This document shows, piece after piece, positions 34,905 through 40,594 of a stretch of DNA of 40,594 nucleotides. A program made the translations under genes and the position numbers. The stretch lies in contig JAZLBQ010000021.1 of the NCBI GenBank assembly GCA_045613785.1, positions 1-40,594 of the forward strand, in the 5' to 3' direction. Within the stretch, counting starts at the first letter, position 1; every line of letters begins with the position of its first letter. This DNA is from Candidatus Enterousia sp. GTDB lineage: Bacteria > Pseudomonadota > Alphaproteobacteria > Rs-D84. The notes beneath the pieces were generated by a model. The model ran no database searches and had not been told where the DNA came from. It was given only the letters and a program-made list of their open reading frames with translations.

Positions 34905-34917
34905 AATATAACTTGAC
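34881..34917 (+). other. H-type RNA pseudoknot
   Basis: S1 GACCG/CGGTC, S2 GTCAAGT/ACTTGAC, loops of 3, 0 and 10 nt. Confidence 0.65.
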
Positions 34918-34940
34918 CAAAAATAATGGAGTTATAAAAA

Positions 34941-35111
34941 ATGGAAATGATAACAGCAGAAGAAGTATCAAAGATTTTGGGCGTGCCACGCCAGACCTTA
35001 TACGGTTGGTTGAATAAGAAAAACTGTCCATTCGGGTCGTATCGTATCCAAAATATGTGGCGGTTCAATAAAGAAGAAGTTGTTGAATATTTACAAAAGG
35101 CGAAAATCTAA
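34941..35111 (+). CDS. Excisionase-like HTH DNA-binding protein (HTH_17 type, 56 aa)
   Basis: MITAEEVSKILGVPRQTLYGW..RIQNMWRF; GGAG RBS; below the ORF-track cutoff. Confidence 0.85.
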   Translation: MEMITAEEVSKILGVPRQTLYGWLNKKNCPFGSYRIQNMWRFNKEEVVEYLQKAKI

Positions 35112-35377
35112 TGGCAAAGAAGAAAGTAAAAGAAATTTTTGACGCAGAATTGGAAATCAACTTGTTGCGTATATTTGCGGAAAACAGTCGCAAGATTGCT
35201 AGCCGTGCGACCACTTGGCTTGGCGTTGCGGTTGTGTTGCTGGGGATTTCTGTCCTTATGCGTGGGTGTGTAATCAGCGACCTGCAAGACAAGGTCGGCA
35301 TACTGGAATGTCGCCACTGGGGCGAAGACTCTGGTCAGCCGTGGGCTTATTACGATGACGAATGCCATTTAATGTAA
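35111..35377 (+). CDS. Membrane protein
   Basis: WLGVAVVLLGISVLM TM segment; TAATG coupling. Confidence 0.7.
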   Translation: MAKKKVKEIFDAELEINLLRIFAENSRKIASRATTWLGVAVVLLGISVLMRGCVISDLQDKVGILECRHWGEDSGQPWAYYDDECHLM

Positions 35378-35387
35378 GGGGTTGCTT

Positions 35388-35609
35388 ATGAAAACGCAAG
35401 AACAGGTTCAGAACGCACTAGAAATCAAGCAGAAAGAACTGGCGGACTTGAACGCACGACTGGACGACCTGCGTGTATGGCTGGACAGCAGTGCCTTTAT
35501 GGGCAACGAGCAGATGTTTATCTCTTGCGTTAAAGAACGGGAAGAAAAGCAACGGCGAGAACAGGAATTGCGAATCCAGATAACATTTCTAAAATGGGTT
35601 CTGGGCTAA
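35388..35609 (+). CDS. Coiled-coil hypothetical protein
   Basis: AAGGGG RBS; ends in LKWVLG. Confidence 0.75.
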   Translation: MKTQEQVQNALEIKQKELADLNARLDDLRVWLDSSAFMGNEQMFISCVKEREEKQRREQELRIQITFLKWVLG

Positions 35610-35644
35610 AAGGATTGGCACAGGCGATTTATGATATATTTATA

Positions 35645-35760
35645 AATTGCTCCTTGTTGTGTTCAATACGCTGACATACCGTATCGTGCCAATAGTATGT
35701 CAAATTTTGGGGCAGGATATTTCCCTACATTCTCTCTCTACAAACCCCTGCCCCACCAAG
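35645..35760 (+). ncRNA. Candidate structured RNA: anti-SD tract, pseudoknot and CU-loop hairpin
   Basis: TTGCTCCTTGTT; ATACG/CGTAT plus TGACATAC/GTATGTCA pseudoknot; TGGGGCAGG/CCTGCCCCA hairpin; intergenic, after an extended -10-like TGATATATT. Confidence 0.55.
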
Positions 35761-35776
35761 ATTAAAGGAAGGGGAT

Positions 35777-36139
35777 ATGGGTTGGTCATCGCCAGAAGCA
35801 GCACATCGTTGGTATATGAAACACCGAGAACGTGAACTTGAAAGACAACGCCAAAGGAAACAATTACCAGACGCTAAAATAAAACACAGAAACCGTGAAC
35901 GGTTGCGACTAGCCAAGAACCACGGATTTACTTCGTGGGAAGAATATCAGGCGGCGAAACAGAAAACACAAAAAACTCGTGAACAGGCGGAAGCGAAAAA
36001 ACAAGCGGGACAAGACGCCAAACAGAAAAAGAAAGCAGTAATTCAGTTTTACAAAGACAAAGGGCAACGCCCGCCGTGGGTAATAGTAGATTGGACTTAT
36101 GAGCAATATCAACAATGGTTGCAGGGGTTGGGCAAATGA
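35777..36139 (+). CDS. Basic hypothetical protein
   Basis: AAGGAAGGGG RBS; Lys/Arg-rich. Confidence 0.7.
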   Translation: MGWSSPEAAHRWYMKHRERELERQRQRKQLPDAKIKHRNRERLRLAKNHGFTSWEEYQAAKQKTQKTREQAEAKKQAGQDAKQKKKAVIQFYKDKGQRPPWVIVDWTYEQYQQWLQGLGK

Positions 36140-36375
36140 AACGGATTTTAATACACATTATCGCCAGATATTACCTATGGAAGTTTCGCAGGCAAGAAAC
36201 AAATCCACGTGCGAAATACCGTCTTGACTTTCCTAAAACTGGCAGTATTTATATTCAACGTAGGACAAAAAAACACAGATATAAAAACGTGCTTAGAGTA
36301 TCCAACCACGTAGCCACCAACAGCAGGGGCAACCCTGTGACCAAAATGTCAAAAAAATATGGGATTGTAATATGA
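36136..36375 (+). CDS. Hypothetical protein
   Basis: GSIYI..LRVSNH motif; ATGA overlap. Confidence 0.65.
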   Translation: MKRILIHIIARYYLWKFRRQETNPRAKYRLDFPKTGSIYIQRRTKKHRYKNVLRVSNHVATNSRGNPVTKMSKKYGIVI

Positions 36376-36438
36376 ACACAGACATCATCAACCAAACCTA
36401 TGACGAATTGTAAAAACATCAGACTTAAAGGAGTAAAA

Positions 36439-36603
36439 ATGACAAAGGAAGAAGTATCAGTGCGAACAGTTGTTGCATCTAGTGTTATGGCTATAATTTC
36501 CGCTTTGTTAATGAATATAGTCCCTTTACCTATTCTTGCGTTTTTTTCTGGGGCTATTGCAATGTTCTTTGGCTGTAAAGGTTGGGAAAACATCACAGAC
36601 TAA
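36439..36603 (+). CDS. Small two-TM membrane protein
   Basis: AAGGAG RBS; two hydrophobic segments. Confidence 0.65.
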   Translation: MTKEEVSVRTVVASSVMAIISALLMNIVPLPILAFFSGAIAMFFGCKGWENITD

Positions 36604-36619
36604 TAAAGGTCGTAATAAA

Positions 36620-36955
36620 ATGAATTTGAATATCATAAATCTTCCTTGTGACCAGTGGTCTAAAACTGATTGGCAAGACGCATATTCCCAATACTGCCAA
36701 CACAACCAATTCGGGAAAATGACCAAACGCCAGTATTACGATTTTGTCCGCAATAACCACCAACGGCTAAAAGACCGCAACACACCGTTGTCGGCGGAAT
36801 TGGCTAGTAAGTGGTCGGCAGGGCGAAGAAACGCCCGTCTGTGGGCAGAAAAACACGGTTATCGTGCGACGCCAGAACCCGAACCAATATCGGTTGCTGA
36901 ACTGGTGGAACAGGTGCGTGAGTTAGAATGGCGAGTTATGAATAAAAAGGGGTAA
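36620..36955 (+). CDS. Hypothetical protein
   Basis: AAGG RBS; start at MNLNIIN. Confidence 0.65.
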   Translation: MNLNIINLPCDQWSKTDWQDAYSQYCQHNQFGKMTKRQYYDFVRNNHQRLKDRNTPLSAELASKWSAGRRNARLWAEKHGYRATPEPEPISVAELVEQVRELEWRVMNKKG

Positions 36956-36958
36956 AAG

Positions 36959-37435
36959 ATGGCAAAAACTGTTGATTTTTATAAAGATTCTAACCCGAAA
37001 AGCCCTTATTGTGGGCTTTGGAGAAGTTACAAAGATATTATAAAAAGATGTTATAATAAAAAACATAAACAATATAATACTTGGGGCGGTCGTGGCATAC
37101 GAATGTGCGATGAATGGCTTAATGATTACGAGTTGTTTAGAGCGTGGGCGATTAAAAATGGATGGCAAAAAGGTTTAACAATAGACCGCATAGATTGCAA
37201 CGGCGATTATAGTCCTGATAATTGTAGATGGATAGAACGAACTAAGCAATCATTAAACCTAAGGACTACCAACCTTTATGAATGTAATGGCTTTTTATTT
37301 TCGCAAAGAAGGATTATAGAGTTCCTGTGGACGCTAAAAGTAGGAGACGAAGTGTGTATAAAAAAATTGAAATGCAACGAGATAAGAGTGGGGAATCCTT
37401 ATCACAGGAACCACAGAAATCATTTCTCAAAATAA
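36959..37435 (+). CDS. HNH-like homing endonuclease
   Basis: IIKRCYN..WGGRGIRMCDEW..LTIDRIDCNGDYSPDNCRW. Confidence 0.9.
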   Translation: MAKTVDFYKDSNPKSPYCGLWRSYKDIIKRCYNKKHKQYNTWGGRGIRMCDEWLNDYELFRAWAIKNGWQKGLTIDRIDCNGDYSPDNCRWIERTKQSLNLRTTNLYECNGFLFSQRRIIEFLWTLKVGDEVCIKKLKCNEIRVGNPYHRNHRNHFSK

Positions 37436-37881
37436 CAATAGACACAAGGGAAGCCCTGCCCCTTTCCTTTGACGGGTTCCGTGGAGTAGATACTGTTCGC
37501 TCTGGGTTGCGGACAGGCGATTATAGCATTCAGGGTTATGAAGACCAGATTACTTTTGAACGCAAGTCGGTGCAGGACTTGGTTGGAACCTTGACATCAG
37601 GGCATACCCGTTTCCTGCGTGAAATGGAACGGATGCGGTCTTTCAAAGCGAAATATATTCTTATTGAACACACGCCAGATATTCTGTATAATTACTGTGC
37701 AAAGCACGGTTGGCAACGCAAGTTCAACACGATAATCCAGTCGCTATTGGCTTATGCCTGCCACTACCAATGCCGTGTGCGGTTTTGCAAAGACCGTGAA
37801 GATATGGCGGGATACATCGTCAAAAAAGCAAGGGAGTTTTTGAGAGAACAGGGGGAACAAAAAAATGAGAGTGAAAATTAA
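37354..37881 (+). CDS. ERCC4/XPF-domain nuclease (probable branch/junction resolvase)
   Basis: IDTRE, LRTGDYS and FERKSVQDL; start chosen at the GTG downstream of AGGAG. Confidence 0.88.
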   Translation: MYKKIEMQRDKSGESLSQEPQKSFLKITIDTREALPLSFDGFRGVDTVRSGLRTGDYSIQGYEDQITFERKSVQDLVGTLTSGHTRFLREMERMRSFKAKYILIEHTPDILYNYCAKHGWQRKFNTIIQSLLAYACHYQCRVRFCKDREDMAGYIVKKAREFLREQGEQKNESEN

Positions 37882-38143
37882 AAATGTCTATTACTGCAAA
37901 CACCCAGATTTTATTCAGGACGATAGATGCCCAAATGGCTATATAGTCCTAGACACAGCCAAATGGGTTGTAGAATGGGACACCGTGCCGTTTTATTCAA
38001 CCCCTGCGAATTTTTTCTTAAAAGAACATTACCGTGCCAGTTTCCCGACAGAAGAACAAGCACGGTCTTTTTATAACAAGATTATGAAACACACGAACCC
38101 TGCCGAAGTTGTGTTGTCGGACGAAATTAAAGCGATGGTTTAG
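37865..38143 (+). CDS. Hypothetical protein
   Basis: GGGGGA RBS; last gene of the plus-strand arm. Confidence 0.7.
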   Translation: MRVKIKNVYYCKHPDFIQDDRCPNGYIVLDTAKWVVEWDTVPFYSTPANFFLKEHYRASFPTEEQARSFYNKIMKHTNPAEVVLSDEIKAMV

Positions 38144-38154
38144 ATTGGCAAAAG

Positions 38155-38424
38155 TTATCTAGTATTGCCGTTTCTTTTTCTTTCCAGAACAAGCCATTGT
38201 TTATACTCTTCTAAGGTTAAAGACCCTTTTTGGTGGTTGCATTTGGCGCAACAAGGGTATAAATTACTATGCCCCAATTCTGCTTGACGAGAACGGGGCG
38301 GTTCGTGGTCTATCGTCAGGTCTTTCTGTTTGATTATTGGCTTATGGCAGATATAGCAATACACCGGCGGTAGTTTATGCGACACCTTATAAAGTGTCTT
38401 AAAGTGTTTTTTGTCGTCCGCCAT
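38155..38424 (-). CDS. Small HNH endonuclease with zinc ligands
   Basis: CYIC..TIDHEPPRSR..NLYPCCAKCNHQKG. Confidence 0.9.
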   Translation of the reverse strand: MADDKKHFKTLYKVSHKLPPVYCYICHKPIIKQKDLTIDHEPPRSRQAELGHSNLYPCCAKCNHQKGSLTLEEYKQWLVLERKRNGNTR

Positions 38425-38447
38425 AGTTTCCTTCCTTTCGTTGACGG

Positions 38448-39023
38448 TTATTTCTTCGCCTTAACCACCTTTTCCGCAGTCTCGGCGTATTCCCATTTAT
38501 AGCCATCTGCGTAACGGCACTTTCCTAAACAGCAAGCAGATATTTTTCTATAATCTACCCCTGTTTTTCTTTGTGCCTCGCATATTCCATAAAATTTAGC
38601 AATAACTTTTCCGTCTTCTATCTGCAAAACTATTTTTGTTCGACTGAAATCTTTGCCAAGCTTGCCTTTCCAAGTAGGTCTTTGCCCTAAAACCTTAAAA
38701 GAATGCTTCATATTATCTGACCTAGAAATCCATTCTAAATTTGTGACTTTATTATCAGTTTTTATTCCGTTTTTATGATTTACTTGTTCTAATCCTTCTG
38801 GGTTTGGCAAAAACGCTTCGGCAACAAGACGATGGACTAAACAACTTTTATGCCTTTTTGAGTTATATAACATTATTAAATTATATCCGTTGTTATTTAT
38901 AGTTGCCTTTCTCTCTCTTAACTCGCTACCTTGTTTGTGTGAACCAGGCATAAAAATGGAAAAAACCTTTCCTGTGTCGGATATGTAATATCCTGGAAAA
39001 TTTTTAATTTCTTTAATTCTCAT
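38448..39023 (-). CDS. NUMOD4-HNH homing endonuclease
   Basis: FPGYYISDTGKV and VHRLVAEAFLPNPEGLEQVNHKNGIKTDNKVTNLEW; C-terminal HTH. Confidence 0.92.
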   Translation of the reverse strand: MRIKEIKNFPGYYISDTGKVFSIFMPGSHKQGSELRERKATINNNGYNLIMLYNSKRHKSCLVHRLVAEAFLPNPEGLEQVNHKNGIKTDNKVTNLEWISRSDNMKHSFKVLGQRPTWKGKLGKDFSRTKIVLQIEDGKVIAKFYGICEAQRKTGVDYRKISACCLGKCRYADGYKWEYAETAEKVVKAKK

Positions 39024-39286
39024 TGCTTGTTCTTTTTGGCTATTTTTTCAACAATTTCCGTCACGTATTCTTTTGCTTCAAATGCTCGTGTTATGCAATA
39101 CGCAATTAGACCAATTAACCCTGGCGACGTGCGCACAATCGCTTCCCACATTGTAATGTCGCCCACAGTATCAATATCCCACACGCCTGTAACAACTGTT
39201 AATATCATACCTAAAAAAAGAGAAAAGCGACCCAGACACGGTTCGCCCACATCATCTAAAAACAATCCCTTGAAAAACTTTTTCAT
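39020..39286 (-). CDS. Putative holin (two TM segments, basic C-terminus)
   Basis: 88 aa, two hydrophobic segments, KIAKKNKQ tail; late operon. Confidence 0.55.
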   Translation of the reverse strand: MKKFFKGLFLDDVGEPCLGRFSLFLGMILTVVTGVWDIDTVGDITMWEAIVRTSPGLIGLIAYCITRAFEAKEYVTEIVEKIAKKNKQ

Positions 39287-39645
39287 TGCCGTTTCTCCAC
39301 GATAGATGTTTTAATTATTCTCAAATCATCATTGGCATCTTTCAACATCACTTTTAGTTCCGCCAGAGCAATATCTATATTATGTTGATTGCTTTCAATC
39401 TTATAAAACCGTTCTTCTGATTTGGCAATATGTTCCGCCAGATGTTTTTCACAGTTTGTCAACCGTGCTGGTGTAGATGTCGTTGATTGGTAATAGAATA
39501 AAAAAATACCGTATAGCAAAGCAATCAGGGCTAACAGCCACTGCCAGTTGTTCCAAAAACGCTTAAAACTTTCCACAACAAGCCCTGCTACCTTTCTCAC
39601 GAGCATTGTAGCAAGACCTGTTGCAAAAATCAAGACCTTTTTCAT
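39283..39645 (-). CDS. Membrane-anchored coiled-coil protein (holin/antiholin-like)
   Basis: WLLALIALLYGIFLFYY TM segment followed by a coiled coil. Confidence 0.55.
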   Translation of the reverse strand: MKKVLIFATGLATMLVRKVAGLVVESFKRFWNNWQWLLALIALLYGIFLFYYQSTTSTPARLTNCEKHLAEHIAKSEERFYKIESNQHNIDIALAELKVMLKDANDDLRIIKTSIVEKRQ

Positions 39646-39878
39646 TATATCTTGCGTTTTTCTTCTTTCATAACAGTTTCAACCGCATAAGCCAATTCCA
39701 ACAATGACTTTAAGGTTTCCGCCAGTTCTTTACTTTTGTGCAAAGGCTGGTCGCCTGTTGCTGTCAAGTGTGGGCGGACACGAGATTCATAGTCACGTTG
39801 GACATAGTTGCGTGCTTCATCTGTCATACGTCTGATATAGTCGTTCATAGCGTTCTCCTTATGCTGCGAACTGTGCAC
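39645..39878 (-). CDS. Small helical protein downstream of the CCC cassette
   Basis: AAGGAG lies upstream of the internal Met (MNDYIRR), so the true start is likely later than 39878; TAATG coupling to the next gene. Confidence 0.6.
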   Translation of the reverse strand: MHSSQHKENAMNDYIRRMTDEARNYVQRDYESRVRPHLTATGDQPLHKSKELAETLKSLLELAYAVETVMKEEKRKI

Positions 39879-40206
39879 AGTCTGGGGTGTTCCACAGGAT
39901 TACATACGAATCCGCTGCTGTCGCACCTTCCACGTAAGCCCCGAAATATCTCTTGCGTGGCTGTAAGCGGTTAGTGTTGATTGGCAATGCGTATTTATTT
40001 ACCAATGGAACGGCTGTGCCGTTAATGTTGATAGTGAAAGGCAGTGGTTCGCCTGTGACAACGGTGTCGGGGTTGACACACAACACCAACTCAAAGTAAT
40101 CCAAGTTAGATATATTGGTTGGATTTGTAATGGTCATTTCAACACTGTCAGCACCTGCGGTCAATGCTGTCACTTTGTGGAAGTATGGGTTATAGCAACA
40201 ATTCAT
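39859..40206 (-). CDS. Small beta-rich protein with N-terminal CC (CCC cassette)
   Basis: MNCCYNPYFHKV..; AGGAG RBS; directly follows the CCC protein. Confidence 0.8.
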   Translation of the reverse strand: MNCCYNPYFHKVTALTAGADSVEMTITNPTNISNLDYFELVLCVNPDTVVTGEPLPFTININGTAVPLVNKYALPINTNRLQPRKRYFGAYVEGATAADSYVILWNTPDCAQFAA

Positions 40207-40225
40207 TTCACTCTCCTAAGATTTA

Positions 40226-40254
40226 GGTGGGGGCAGGAAGGAATAGCCCCCACC
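40226..40254 (-). terminator. Stem-loop after the CCC protein gene
   Basis: GGTGGGGGC/GCCCCCACC stem; minus-strand loop UAUUCCUUCCU. Confidence 0.55.
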
Positions 40255-40261
40255 AAACTGT

Positions 40262-40594
40262 TTAGTAGCCGAAGCCACAACCGCCACATCCGTAAGCACC
40301 GTTGTTGCCACGAGCAGATTCATAAGGACTGCAAGTGATATATGATGGTGTTGGGAATGGGCGCAGAGTGTTAATCAACGTTGCGTTCTGTGCCTGTTGC
40401 GACAACTGGAAGTTTGCTGTCTGCAAATCACGGTCACGTTCTGCCAACTTGTCACGCAGATTCTGCATTGTGTTGGAGTTGATTAAAGCACGAGTTGCTT
40501 CGCCTTCTTCGTGAATTGCCGTCTTCAAATCGCAGCAACACTGTTGAACGCCTACACGAACGCTGTCAATGTTGCGGTTGGTTTCGCAGCAACA
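40262..40594 (-). CDS. Gly-rich, CCC-motif protein, 3' part
   Basis: Continues from the ATG at 501; coiled coil followed by PFPTPSYITCSPY..YGCGGCGFGY. Confidence 0.9.
   Translation of the reverse strand, partial: CCCETNRNIDSVRVGVQQCCCDLKTAIHEEGEATRALINSNTMQNLRDKLAERDRDLQTANFQLSQQAQNATLINTLRPFPTPSYITCSPYESARGNNGAYGCGGCGFGY
40454..40594. repeat. Terminal direct repeat, right copy
   Basis: Identical to 1-141. Confidence 0.97.

Noticed and set aside
1-40594. Stop-codon reassignment or tRNA genes
   Set aside because: Core genes are full length in the standard code, all three stop codons end genes, and I noticed no cloverleaf (no tRNA scan was run).

Overview
The window is an apparently complete, circularly assembled dsDNA tailed-phage genome. 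It has 40,453 unique bp, and bases 1-141 are repeated at 40454-40594. It has two divergently transcribed arms. The minus strand (about 22.4 kb down to 1, continuing across the junction to 38.1 kb) carries terminase, scaffold, major capsid, portal, adaptor/nozzle, ejection-type and tail-fibre genes, which points to a short-tailed podovirus-like virion. It continues into a Gly/Cys/Gln-rich accessory cassette with its own HTH regulator, holin-like genes and HNH nucleases. The plus strand (22.6-38.1 kb) carries small early ORFs, an ERF/YqaJ recombination pair, a VirE-type helicase, a tight array of mini-ORFs, a sigma-like factor, a DNA methyltransferase, ThyX, a glutaredoxin, a DUF550-like pyrophosphohydrolase, an endolysin, an SSB and an ERCC4 nuclease. 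I saw no integrase, DNA polymerase, tRNA or CRISPR array. A lipoprotein with a C-terminal transmembrane helix suggests a Gram-negative host. The most unusual signals are: (1) a CCC/poly-Gly protein cassette that crosses the contig junction and is truncated in the ORF track; (2) candidate small RNAs carrying anti-Shine-Dalgarno sequences complementary to the phage's own early-gene ribosome-binding sites; (3) two same-topology H-type pseudoknots, one placed like a -1 frameshift stimulator at the SSB C-terminus; (4) all seven GATC sites I could find lying inside one 260-bp early gene; (5) genes bounded by duplicated gene starts. All calls come from motif reading by eye; no database searches were run.
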